Source of the DNA: Ostreococcus lucimarinus
Taxonomy: Eukaryota
Assembly (NCBI GenBank): GCA_000092065.1
Contig: CP000600.1
DNA: 64,000 bases
Reading direction: 5' to 3' (one strand)
Under the pieces are notes generated by a model. The model was not told the DNA's origin. It did no database searches and saw nothing but the letters and a program-made list of their open reading frames with translations. Within the stretch, counting starts at the first letter, position 1. Every line of letters starts with the position of its first letter. Of this stretch, positions 21,122 to 31,745 are shown in pieces. The translations under genes and the position numbers were made by a program.

Positions 21122-21495
21122 CGCCGTCGAGCGCGTCGCGGTGTCGCGCGGCGTTTGAAATCCGCCGCGCGCGCGATTCAAACGCGCGACGAGACTGGGT
21201 TTACACACGGACGCATCGATCCCCCGTCGACCGGTCGCGACTCGACGACGCGGGGGGTCCGCGTCGTCGATCGGTCGGATCGTATATAGGCGTTCGACGC
21301 CGCGATGTGCGACGCGCGCGCGCGATTTTCATTTACGTCGCGGGTTCAGGGTCGCGCGACGTCGGCGACGTCGGCGCGCGCGCGGGCGCGACGCGCGCGC
21401 GCGACGCGCGGCACACCGCGACGACGTCGCGACCGACCCACGAGGCGCCGCACGTCGCGCGTCGACACACGCCACCGCGCACCACGAGCTCGAAC

Positions 21496-22476
21496 ATGTT
21501 CGCGCGAACCATCGGCCGCGCGCGCCCCGCGCGCGCGACGCCCGCGGACAAGCGCGCGGACAAGCGCGCGGCGGCGACGCGCGCGATGACGCGCCCGGTC
21601 GCGCTCGGCGACGCGCGCGCGGTATTTACGACGAGCGCGTTCAGGGCGAACGCGGTCGAGCGCGCGCGCGACGTGCGCGCGCGCGGGGCGAGACGGTCGA
21701 CGGTGATGGCGGCCAAGGTGGCGGGGTACATCAAGCTCGCGATCGAGGCGGGGAAGGCGTCGCCGGCGCCGCCGATCGGACCGGCGCTCGGCGCGAAGGT
21801 GCGTGAGAATATTTCGTTCGACGCGACGACGGCGCGCGCGGGACGCGCGCGCGGACGCGCGCGAGGGAGGGGTGGGAGAACGCGCGCGGCGGGTGAGGGT
21901 GGAAGACCTAGGCGAGAGAGGGTTTCGCGCGGCGACGCGAGCGCGCGAGGGACGACGGCTGGGCGCGACGCGCGGGCGCGGTGGCGAGGGAGACGCGCGC
22001 GCGATGGATCGATGGTCGCGGGGGACGCGCGCGGCGCGGTCGGGACGCGAGTGGTGCGGTGAATCGACGCGAACGGCGACTGACGACGACGACGACGCGC
22101 GCGCGCGATTCGCGGCACGCAGGGCGTGAACATCATGATGTTTTGCAAGGAGTACAACGCGCGCACGCAAGATCAACCGGGTATGATCATCCCGGTCGAG
22201 ATTACCGTTTTCGAGGATAAGTCCTTCACGTTCATTTTGAAGACCCCGCCGGCGTCGGTGTTGTTGAAGAAAGCCGCGGGCGTGCCCAAGGGGGCGGGCG
22301 ATCCGCAAAAGCAAGTCGTCGGGCGCGTGACCAAGGAGCAACTCGAGGAAATCGCCAAGATTAAGATGCCCGATTTGAACTGCGTCAAGGTGGAAAGTGC
22401 GATGAAGGTCGTCGCCGGTACCGCGGCGAACATGGGGATCAAGATTGACGGCTGGCCCGAGGTCGACGCCGCGTAA
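21496..22476 (+). CDS. RPL11: Organellar (plastid or mitochondrial) ribosomal protein L11, 2 exons: join(21496..21798,22123..22476)
   Basis: Exon 1 (in ORF 20572..22062 frame): presequence [24 protein letters not shown]..., then [31 protein letters not shown]. Donor gtgcgt at 21799. Acceptor cacgcag at 22120-22. Exon 2: [54 protein letters not shown]..., stop at 22474-76. Bacterial-type L11 signature PPVGPALG|QGVNIM..FCK.FNA.T is restored across the splice. TGTAA signal at ~22606. Confidence 0.8.
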
Positions 22477-23388
22477 AGCGCGACGACGACTGCGGACGCC
22501 CCGTCGTAGCCGAGACGAAGGCGCGCCGAAGAACATTCTTACGCTCCCGTGGCGATAAATTCATATAAATTGCTCGAAGACCTCGCGTAGTGGTCTGCGT
22601 TAGATTTGTAAATGCTTTATACCTAGTGATGAAAACGAACGCCCCCTCGACTCGCGAAGAGACGACCCTCGCGCGCCCAAGCCCTATCCGCGAAACGCGA
22701 ATCGGTGCGTGTGAATTATAACAATGCTACGCTGACGACGCCCTACTTCTTCAACTCCCGGTGAAGCGTGTGCTTTTGCAAGAACGGATTGTACTTCATC
22801 AACTCCAATCTCTGCGACGTGTTACGACGGTTCTGCGAATCGAAAACGAGCGCGCCTCCGTCAGTCCTTCGTCCCGAAACCCTCAAATCGTCCCGTCGTC
22901 CCATCCCTCGTCGTCCCGCGCCGTCCCGCGCCGGCCTCGGCGCGCGTCCCGCGCGCGCCCGCTTCGCCTCGCGTTCGCCCGCGCGTCATCGCTTACCTTC
23001 TGGGTCATGTATCGCGACATCCCCTGCACGCCGCTCTCCTTTTGCTCGGTGCACTCGAGGGTGACTTGCAGGCGCACGTCCTTCTTCTTGCTCGCCGCCG
23101 TGACGACGAGCGCGCCGCGCGAGCGCTCTCTGGCGCTCGCGGCCGACGGGCGCGCGGCGAGCGAGCTGGTGGAGCAGACGTTGGCGCGGGCGGCGAGCAT
23201 GGCGAGTCGCGGCGCGGAGTGCCGGCGCGGCGATCGGGCGGCGGACGTCGGCATCGCGCGCGTGTGCGCAAACAGTACGCGTGTACTTTTATGGGGTGGT
23301 CGGTCGGACACCGCGCGCGCGAACCGCGCCCGAACCGCGCGCGCCGACGCGCGCGACGCGAGTCCGCGACGCCGACGCGCGCGCCGTC

Positions 23389-24082
23389 ATGTCCGCCGAC
23401 GCCTCGACGCGACGATTCAAGATTTACACCAAGACGGGCGACGCGGGGACGAGCTCGCTGTACAATTGCGAACGACGCGATAAGGACGACGCCGCGTTCG
23501 ACGCGCTCGGGGACGTCGACGAGTGCAACGTCGCGTGCGGGATCGCGCGGGAGTTTTGCGTCGATGAAAACAACGGGCTCGAGGCGCAGGTGCGGCGTCG
23601 ACGACGACGGACGCGAGGGGAGAGAGCGAGGCGACGACGCGCGGCGAGCGACGACTGACGGGGACGACGAACGACGCGACGCGCAGCTCGCGGAGATTCA
23701 GAGTCGATTGCTCGACGTGGGATCGGCGGTGGCGACGCCGCTGTATGCAAGCTCGGACGCGATGAAAGCGCGCGCGGCGTTTTCGGAGACGCACGTGGAG
23801 ACGTTGGAGGGATGGATCGACGGGATGGACGCCGAGTTGCCGGCGCTGTCGAGTTTTCTGCTCGTGTCGGGGGGGAAGGCGAGCGTGTTTTTACACCAAG
23901 CGCGCGTCGTGTGTCGACGCGCGGAGCGTAGGTGCGTGCCGTTGGTGCGGAGCGGAGCGGTACCGGACGTGGTGCGGGTGTACTTGAATAGATTGAGCGA
24001 TTACATGTTCACCGCCGCGCGTTTCGCGGCGATGAAAGCGGGCAGAGAGGAGGAGGCGTACAAAAAGTCGACGGCGAATTGA
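23389..24082 (+). CDS. MMAB: ATP:cob(I)alamin adenosyltransferase, PduO/MMAB type, 2 exons: join(23389..23589,23687..24082)
   Basis: Exon 1: MSADASTRRFKIYTKTGDAGTSSLYNCERRDKDDAAFDALGDVDECNVACGIAREFCVDENNGLEAQ (compare the family consensus KIYTKTGDKG.S...ERR.KDD..FEA.GT.DEL). Donor gtgcgg at 23590. Acceptor gcgcag at 23684-86. Exon 2: LAEIQSRLLDVGSAVATPLYASSDAMKARAAFSETHVETLEGWIDGMDAELPALSSFLLVSGGKASVFLHQARVVCRRAERRCVPL... Intron 97 nt, consistent with the +1 frame change between ORFs 23281..23658 and 23042..24082. Confidence 0.8.
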
Positions 24083-24160
24083 ATCGGGACGTGTCGAAAT
24101 AATCGAGCGAGCTTGCAAATACTACGTCTACGTTAGGTGTACAAATGATCTATTCAACGC

Positions 24161-24931
24161 TCAGTCGTCGAAGAGCGACGCCGCGAGCTCTTCGACCGTG
24201 TCGAAGACGACGTGGAAATTTCGCGCGTTGGCTTCTTCGCGCAAATCGTGCGACCCCCAATTCACGCCCACCGCCAACATCCCAGCCGACTTCGCCGCCG
24301 CACCGTCGCTCGGTGCGTCCCCGACGTACGCCATCGATCGATCGATGCCGTCGAGGCCGAGCTCGCGCGCGATTTGAACCAACCCATCCGGCTCTGGCTT
24401 CGCTCGCGGCACGTCGTCGGCGCCGTACACGCGCGCCATCACATCCACGCATTCGTTCGCCGCGATCACCGCCCGCGCGTACGCCCCGCACGCGTTACTC
24501 AGCACCGCCTGTTTTCTCCCCTCTTCGCGCAATCGCACGACGATGCGGGCGATTCCGGGGTAAAATCCCGCCGTCGTCGTCGTCACGAGCGCCACGTATG
24601 CGTCGTCGAACGCCGCGCCGAGCGCCTCTCCGCACGCGTCGTCCGCGTTCTTCGTCGCGTGCCACGCGAGGCGACGGGGCGTGGTATAGCGCGTCCCGCG
24701 CAGGTACTCGTCGCGCGTGATCTCGCGCAGCGCGGCGTCGCGCAGGACTTTGTTGGTCGAGCTGAAGCCCAGCTCGGTGCTGTCGGCGAGCGTCCCGTCG
24801 ACGTCCCAGAGGACGACGCGCGCGCGGCGCAGGGCCGCGCGGTTCGAATCGCCGCGCGACGCGCTCGAGGCGCGCGCGGCGGTGGCGCCGCGCGTCGCGC
24901 GCGGCGGCGGCGACGCGCCGAGAGTCGCCAT
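24161..24931 (-). CDS. HAD-superfamily hydrolase, subfamily IA (CbbY/phosphoglycolate-phosphatase-like)
   Basis: First ATG at 24931 (MATLGASPPPRATRG...). Motif I VVLWDVDGTLADST; motif IV-like AYVGDAPSDGAAAKSAGMLAVGVNWG. Confidence 0.7.
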   Translation of the reverse strand: MATLGASPPPRATRGATAARASSASRGDSNRAALRRARVVLWDVDGTLADSTELGFSSTNKVLRDAALREITRDEYLRGTRYTTPRRLAWHATKNADDACGEALGAAFDDAYVALVTTTTAGFYPGIARIVVRLREEGRKQAVLSNACGAYARAVIAANECVDVMARVYGADDVPRAKPEPDGLVQIARELGLDGIDRSMAYVGDAPSDGAAAKSAGMLAVGVNWGSHDLREEANARNFHVVFDTVEELAASLFDD

Positions 24932-25011
24932 GTGCGGGCGCGCCGGATGAAAGAGTATAATGACAACGCTAATTCGGTGCTCGTTCGGCGCGATGATCGT
25001 ACAGTACATGA

Positions 25012-25866
25012 TTATGATTTTTGTGGTTTGACGGCAGACTTGTTCGCGACGGCGGCGAACTGGTCGGTGATGGCGTCGAAGGCGTGGACGCACGCGCCGA
25101 GGGCGCGTCGCGACGTCGATTTCGCAAAATCCGTGGCTTCGTCCAATGTCGGCGCGCGGATGTCGCCCTTGGCGTGCGCTTGCTTGAGCTTTCCCGCCGC
25201 CGTTGTGGCGTGTTGTTTCGAGTAGTCGAACGCCTTTGTAGTCGCCGAGCGCACGTGGGGCGCGGCGAAGTCGACGAATTTCTTCGTCGCGGCGAGCGCC
25301 GACTTGGCCGCCTCGGCGGCTTTTTCGCCAGCTCCGGGCCCGAGTGGGGCCTCGTACGTCGACTGCTTGAACGTCTCCTTGACTTCACGCAAAGGCGCGA
25401 CGGGGATACCGAGCTCGGACGCCATGTGTACGACTTGCTCGCGATATCGCAGCGCGTCTTGAAACTCTTGGTTACTCTCCACTCTTCGCGCGTGGGCCTT
25501 GTGCACGAGCGCATTCGCCTCATGAATCGCGCGCACCAGCTTGGGATGCTCGGCGATGACGTCGTATGCTTCGCCATCGGCATGATGCCGCTCGACGATC
25601 GGTTCGACGTCGTGGGATACCGTCGGCGTCGGCGCGACTGGCGCCTCCGACTCTGGCGTCTCGAACGAGCGCTCGTTCACGGACACCACGCGCACCGCCG
25701 CGTCGGTCGCTTCTGTTTCGTCGCTCGACGTCGACGCAGATATCACGGCGGTATCCTCGACGTCAGCGCCGACGTCCGATCTCGTCGACGCGTCCGCCCG
25801 CTCGTCGGCGGCGCCTTCCGGCGCCGGCGCCGAGACATCCTTCGGCTTTTCTTCAACCTTAAAATT

Positions 25867-25904
<38 letters not shown>

Positions 25905-26628
25905 CTCCCGCGGGCCCGGTCGCGCGCATCGTCTTCGCCGCCTTCGCCCTCGCCGCCTCCTTCGCCTCGTCCAATCGCTTCGCGAGCTTCGCCGCCTCGT
26001 CGTCTCGCTCGACGCGCCGCTTCGCCAGCGTCTCCGACTCTCGCGTCTCCATCGCGTATTTCTCCCGCTCCGCGCGCGTGGGCTTTATCCCGCGAAACAC
26101 CAACCACGCAACGGGCGCCAGCATCGTCGACACCACGCCCGCGAAGAGCGCGCCGCCGTCCGCCGCCACTCTCGCGCGTCTTCGGTCCGCGCGCGCCCAC
26201 GACGCCGCCCTCGACGCGTCGTCCTCGCCGTCGCCCTCGCCGTCGCCGTCGCCGTCGCCGTCGCGGCCGTTCGATCCGCCGTCGCCGTCGCCGCCGTCGT
26301 CGTCGTCGCCGTCGTCCCGGGACGTCGAGCCGCGCGCGTCGCGCGTCGTCGCGTCGTCGCGTCGCGTCGCCGCGTGCCCCTCGGCGTCGCGCGCGCGCGC
26401 GTCGCTCGGCGCGTCGTCGGCGCCCGGCGCGCGCGACGTCGGCGTCGCGAGCGACGAGACGTCGCCGTCGTCGCCGAGCGAGGCGCGCGAGGACGCGCGC
26501 GCGCGCGCGCGGGGCGCGATTGCGCGCCGACGCGAATTCGCGAATTCGCCGACGCGCGCGGGACGCGCGCGGGACGCGCGCGCGGACGCGCGGACGCGCG
26601 AGGCGGCGCGCGAGGACGCGGCGCGCAT
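25012..26628 (-). CDS. Hypothetical protein (transit-peptide-like N-terminus, one predicted TM helix, coiled-coil-like region) with coding hexamer microsatellites
   Basis: ATG at 26628. N-terminus [26 protein letters not shown].... TM-like ALFAGVVSTMLAPVAWLVF. (gccgtc)x6 at 25862-25900 encodes ATATATATATAT, and (gtcgcc)n at ~26215-26290 encodes DGDGDGDGEGDG in the same protein. No recognisable domain. Confidence 0.45.
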
Positions 26629-26779
26629 CGCGCGAGGTCGCGGCGGCGCGGCGCGAGGCGAGACGACGGACGGTCGTCGAGTGCGGGCGCGGCGCGCGAA
26701 CGCGGCGGTTGGTCTGGCGAGCCGACGCTCGGCGCGCGAATGGTTAAAAGCTACTACGTGCGCGCGCGCGTCGGTGAAT

Positions 26780-28648
26780 CTAATCTTCGTCCATGGCGTC
26801 GACGTCGCGCGCGGCGTCGTCGGCGTCGGAGTCGTCGTCGTCCTTGATCTCCACCTTGGGCTGCGAACCGCCGGCGCGGTAGGCTTCCATCTCGCGCTCG
26901 TATCGAATCTTGTCCTCGTCGGCTTGTTGCTGGTACACGCTCTTTTCTTCGTCGGTGATCGTCTTCCACTTTTCGCCGAGCGCCTTGGCGACGTCGGTGA
27001 CGCCGAACGAAGGGTTAGCGGCGGTGATTTCGGCGCGCTTGGCGGCGGAGAAGAACATGTACGCGGACAAGCCTCGTTTCGGAGCGTTCGGATCCTTCTT
27101 CGCGCGTTTGGCTTTGGGCGACTTCTTCGACTTCTTCGCGCCCTCGTCGCTTTCGCTGTCGGAATCGCTGTCGGTGGGCTCGCCGCCGTCGGACTCGCTT
27201 CCCGCGGCGAAGTCTTCGTCCTCTTCGCTGTCGTCGTCGCCGCGTCGCGCGTAGCCTTCGTCGTCGTCGTCCGAAGCTTCGGCGATGAGCTGGTCCGCGC
27301 GCGCGTTGGCGTCGACGTTGGAGATTCTCACTTGTTTGGCGGTCAAGAAGTTAACCAAGTTCTGGAACTCCGACCGTTGAATGCCGTGGAAATCGTACGA
27401 TGAGCCATTCTTCATATTCACAGAGACGTCAAACGTCCTGCCGCTCGTCGCGCCCTGCGCGCTGTGACGCTCAAACTCAACCTCATCGACTTCGCTGTAG
27501 TGCAACAACAGCGGAGGTTTGGGCAAGTAGAAGAACGCTTTTTCAAGCGGGTACAGTAGGCCGACGTCAGCCTTGTGCGACACGCGGATGGCGTGTCCGC
27601 CCGCCGAGGCGGTGAATAAGCTTTGTCTCGTCAACTTGACGCCAGCCATGTTTTTCAATACGCGCACGAAGACTTCTCCCGAGGAGCCGTCGTAAGTCGA
27701 CTCGAGGGTGGGGAACTTGTCTTTCATGTCTGCAGCCAAGTTTGGTTCCACCGTGAGATGATCGTCGTCGTTGAACATGGCGAGAATGTGCGGGTAAAAC
27801 GTTTGTCCCTTGCGAATCGGTGGGTCGAGCGCGATGACCGCGTGCGACTGGTTCGAGTGCGGCTTCGGAAGCAAGTACACGCGAACGATGGAGCTGTACT
27901 GAACCTTGAAGTCCAGCGTCGAGGATTGCATGCGCATGTGCGTGTTGTGCAACTCGATCGAAACCTTGCCTCTCGGGACGACCATGGAGACGCCGTCGAA
28001 TTCCGCCACGGGTTCGCCCGCCTCGGCGTCGGCGGCGGCGATCGACATGATCGCCGCGTGCAAACGCTTCGCCGCGGTGTCATCGGGATCTTCCATATCG
28101 TCTCCTTTCCAAGTCTCGCTGCCCGGCGGAACGTAAAACGACATCTCCACCAAAGAATCCTTCTCCGCCGCCGTGTCGTCGTGGTGAAATTGCAAGACGA
28201 CGTCGCTCTTCCCGACGACCGTCGCCTCGGAGATGTACTGCCCATCGATCTCAAACGCCGTCTTCCCACCGACCTCAAACACCGTCCCGCTCCCCTCGAT
28301 CGCGACGTCGCCCCAGTTCCGTCCGTTCACGTTCATCTTCGTCTCGCCGCTCGCGCACCCCAGCTCGCGCGCCGCGTACTCCGCCGCGTTCTTCGCGTCC
28401 TCCGTCCCCATCCCTCCCAGCACGAGCGTCCGTCCGTCCGTCGATCGCACTCGCAGCACCCCACCCGTCGGCGCGTCGCTCCATCGCACCTCGCGCACCT
28501 TCCCCGCCTCGATCTCCGTCTTCTTCTGCTCGCCCGCGCCCGTCGCCGCTCGAAACCGCGCGCCGATCGCCTTGCTCAGCGTCAACTCTCCCTGCGTCCC
28601 GCTCCCGCGTCCGAGCGCGCGCGCCGCGACGGTAAACTCCGCGCTCAT
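26780..28648 (-). CDS. SSRP1: FACT complex subunit SSRP1 (POB3-like domains plus C-terminal HMG box)
   Basis: ATG at 28648 (MSAEFTVAARALG; 622 aa counted). The ORF-track 1002-aa version is an Arg-rich upstream read-through. Mid domain ...VSIELHNTHMRMQSSTLDFKVQYSSIVRVYLLPKP.... Acidic SDDDDEG...SDSDSESDEG. HMG box KKDPNAPKRGLSAYMFFSAAKRAEITAANPSFGVTDVAKALGEKWKTITDEEKSVYQQQADEDKIRYEREMEAY. Confidence 0.85.
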   Translation of the reverse strand: MSAEFTVAARALGRGSGTQGELTLSKAIGARFRAATGAGEQKKTEIEAGKVREVRWSDAPTGGVLRVRSTDGRTLVLGGMGTEDAKNAAEYAARELGCASGETKMNVNGRNWGDVAIEGSGTVFEVGGKTAFEIDGQYISEATVVGKSDVVLQFHHDDTAAEKDSLVEMSFYVPPGSETWKGDDMEDPDDTAAKRLHAAIMSIAAADAEAGEPVAEFDGVSMVVPRGKVSIELHNTHMRMQSSTLDFKVQYSSIVRVYLLPKPHSNQSHAVIALDPPIRKGQTFYPHILAMFNDDDHLTVEPNLAADMKDKFPTLESTYDGSSGEVFVRVLKNMAGVKLTRQSLFTASAGGHAIRVSHKADVGLLYPLEKAFFYLPKPPLLLHYSEVDEVEFERHSAQGATSGRTFDVSVNMKNGSSYDFHGIQRSEFQNLVNFLTAKQVRISNVDANARADQLIAEASDDDDEGYARRGDDDSEEDEDFAAGSESDGGEPTDSDSDSESDEGAKKSKKSPKAKRAKKDPNAPKRGLSAYMFFSAAKRAEITAANPSFGVTDVAKALGEKWKTITDEEKSVYQQQADEDKIRYEREMEAYRAGGSQPKVEIKDDDDSDADDAARDVDAMDED

Positions 28649-30000
28649 CTCGCCGAGCCGTTCGGCGTCTCGATCGCGCGTCTCAATCGCGCCGCGCGTC
28701 GCCTCGAAGCTCTTTCGCGATGCTTTTTGAAATCCAAAAGATCTCGCGTTCGCGTCGCGTCGTCCGCCGTTCGCGCGTCGTTCGCGCGTTCGCGCGTTCG
28801 CGCGTTCGAGACCGCGACCGAGGCGCTTCGGCGCGCGGTCGCTCGCCTCGTCGCGCGCGCGGTCGCGGCGTCGGCGTCCGCGGCGTCGCGCGCCGCGCGT
28901 CGCGCACAGGGAGGCGAGCGAAACACGGACCAGTCTCACGGATACGAAACGACACAACACGGACCGGTGACCCGAAACGACGCCGACGGTCGCGCGCGCC
29001 GTCGACGCCGACGCGCGCGACGACGATGGCGCGCGCGCCGGCGACCGACGGCGGCGACGCGGCGTCGGCGTTTCGCGCGCGCGATGACGGCGCGAGACGC
29101 GCGTATAACGTCGAGATCCCGGCGGCGTGGCAGCGCGAGAGCGTGGACGAGTCGCTGCTGCGAGGGCACAGAAGCGCGTGTACAACGGCAACGCGCACTG
29201 ATCGTCGTACGCGTACACGCCTCGCGATCGCCCCGAGCGCCGAGGAGGGCGCCGCGACCGTCGCCCTCCTCGAGCGAGGTTTCGCGAACGCGCTTGCTCG
29301 CGACGAGCTCCGGCGCCGCGCAAAGCTTCGCGAGACGACTCGCAGCCGCGCGCGCACATATCGCTCGGTCGCCCGCGTCTTGACCGGGCGCGAGCGCGAT
29401 TTGCGCGAGCCGCGCGAAATTTCGGTCCCCCGCGACGCGCGCGTTCTCCGCCACGCGTCGTTGGCGTCGCAGAAACTTTTTCGCGTGCGTCTTCTTCGTC
29501 ATGCCTCCATGTGACGTTTCGTCTCGGCGTCTCGACCTCGTGACGCGCGCCTCGGACGCGCGCGAGGGCACCTCGGCACTCTGCGACGCGCGCGCGACTC
29601 GGCGCGGTCGTCGCGGACGCGTCGCGAGAGAAGAAAAAAAGTCGAGCGTCGAACCGCGCGTCGTTCGAGCGCCGCGCCGCGGCGCGCGCGACGCGCGGAC
29701 GCGCGAGATGGGGCGCGTTGAAGCGGCGTTTCTCGGCGCCGGATCCCGCCTCGGGCGGCGCCTCGGGCGTCGCGCGCGCGACTAGCAAGACACGAAAACG
29801 AAGGAAAGAAAGCGGGTACGAATTCTTTTGAATCGATGTGCGCGGCGATGGACGCGCGCGCGCGCGTTCGCGCGCCGACTCGCGCGATCGTCATCTCCGA
29901 GACGGGCCGCGCAGACTGACCCTCGCGCAGAGGCCGACGCCAGAAGACACGCGAAACAAGGCGGCGATAGCGTACAAACTATCGCTCGCCTGCGGCAGGT

Positions 30001-30033
30001 TAACCCAGGGTTGACCCAGGGTTGACCCAGCCG
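30001..30033. repeat. Tandem 11-mer (gggttgaccca)x3 inside the 1.7-kb gene-free spacer between SSRP1 and Cpn20
   Basis: Seen directly: taacccagggttgacccagggttgacccagccgcag. Confidence 0.8.
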
Positions 30034-30380
30034 CAGCATTACACCCTCGCGACGCGAGGACGCGAAGGAGGGACAGCTCGCTCGCGCGATCTCGTAGCCC
30101 TCGAAAGTAGCGATTGTAATGCGCCGGAAGACTTCCATCGAGTCGCTTCGCCGAGAGAGCGCCGACGACGTCGAGCGCGGCGCCGCCGTCGCAGACGCCG
30201 CCGCCTCCCCGCGCTAGCCTACCCTCCCAATATTAGTATACTTCACCCACCGTCGTTTTCTTCCCCATCGCGCGTCGCGCGACGACGTCCACGACGTCTC
30301 CAAATTCCGCGCGCGCCGCGGAGGCGTCCTTCCAGAAGCCGACGCCGCGCGCGCGTCCTCATTACTCGCCGCACATCCGA

Positions 30381-31280
30381 ATGTTCGCCGTCTCCGCGCA
30401 CTCGCGCGCGCGCATCGCGCCCGCGGTCATTCCGCGCGCGCGCGCGCGCGTCGTCACGCGCGCCGGCGCCGCGTTCGAGGTGCCGTCGGCGTACAAGACG
30501 GTGACGCCGTGCGGCGCGGGCGTCTTAATCAAGGTGGCGGCCGCGGAAACGGTGACCAAGGGCGGGATCGTGCTCACGGAGAGCGCGCAGCGCAAGCCCA
30601 CGAGCGGTGCGTCGACGCGTTCGACCGACGCGCGCGCGCTCGAGGACGGGCGACGCGACCGCGCGACGCGCGCGGGGGATAAAGGACGACACCCTAACCT
30701 TGAGGGTTTGACGGCGGGACGCGCGGCGAGACGCGCGAGACGCGAATGGATCGACGCGCGAACGCGAGCGACGCGCGAAGACTGACGACGATGACGAATG
30801 AATCGCGCAGGCGACGTCACGGCGATCGGACCGGACGTGAAACACGTCAAGACCGGTTCCACGGTGTTGTACAGCAGATTCGGCATCGGGTGCACCGACG
30901 TGGTCGTCGCCGGCGAGGAGTACACGATGATTCGAGAACAAGATCTCATCGGTACGCTCCCGAGCAGCGGCGCGCGCGCGAACGATATCCCAAAGCTTCA
31001 ACCTTGCGGCGATCGCGTCCTGTTGTCGGTGGAGAAGGCGGCCGCGGAAACCAAGGGGGGCATCTTACTCACGGAGGGGTCCAAGGAGAAGCCCATCGTC
31101 GGCACCGTCGTCGCCGTCGGGCCGGGCAAGGCGGGCGAAAAAGACGAAGAAGTCAAGCCGATGACCCTGAAGGCGGGCGACAAGGTGATTTACTTCAAGT
31201 ACGCCGGTGACCAAATGACCGACGAGGAAGGCAACGGCTTCGTCGTCTTGCACGAGAGCGACTGCTTGGCCAAGCTTTAA
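30381..31280 (+). CDS. CPN20: Chloroplast 20-kDa co-chaperonin Cpn20 (double GroES), 2 exons: join(30381..30606,30811..31280)
   Basis: Exon 1: MFAVSAHSRARIAPAVIPRARARVVTRAGAAFEVPSAYKTVTPCGAGVLIKVAAAETVTKGGIVLTESAQRKPTS+G. Donor g|gtgcgt (30607). Acceptor cgcgcag (30808-10). Exon 2: (G)DVTAIGPDVKHVKTGSTVLYSRFGIGCTDVVVAGEEYTMIREQDLIGTLPS, then second GroES domain LQPCGDRVLLSVEKAAAETKGGILLTEGSKEKPIVGTVVAVGPGKAGEKDEEVKPMTLKAGDKVIYFKYAGDQMTDEEGNGFVVLHESDCLAKL. Intron 204 nt, phase 1. Confidence 0.8.
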
Positions 31281-31745
31281 GCCGCGCGCGCGTCGCGTCG
31301 CTCGTTTAGAACGTCGACGTTGTGAGTACCAGCGCCGGATCGAACGTCGAACCGACACATCGCAGAGCCTTCGCCGCGCGCGTCGCGTCGCGTCCTCCCC
31401 TCGCGTCCTCGCCCTCGCCGACAAAAAAGAACGCAACGCGTAAACAGAAACCACGATACTCGCTCCGCGCGAACCCGCGCGTCGGCGCCTTCGCCGCGCG
31501 ATCGGCGCGATCGCTTACGGGCCGATCCATCGACCGACCGCGCGCGCGCGTACGCGCAAACAGTCTCGCGATCGAACCACCACCCAATAAACCACCCATC
31601 GCATTGAAATCACGCATTCAAAGACCCCGAACCGGTATCGATCTCCACCCCGCGCCGCCCGACGCGACGCCCGTCGCGCGCGCGGTCGATCGCGCGATCG
31701 CGCGCTTCGTCGCGCCGCGACACTCCCGCACGCGCGCACAGGACC

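Noticed and set aside
24830-24855. tRNA-like T-loop sequence ggttcgaatcgcc.
   Set aside because: It lies inside the HAD hydrolase coding region. No acceptor-stem or D-arm complementarity is present in the flanking 70 nt. No tRNA, rRNA or snRNA gene could be supported anywhere in the window by eye.
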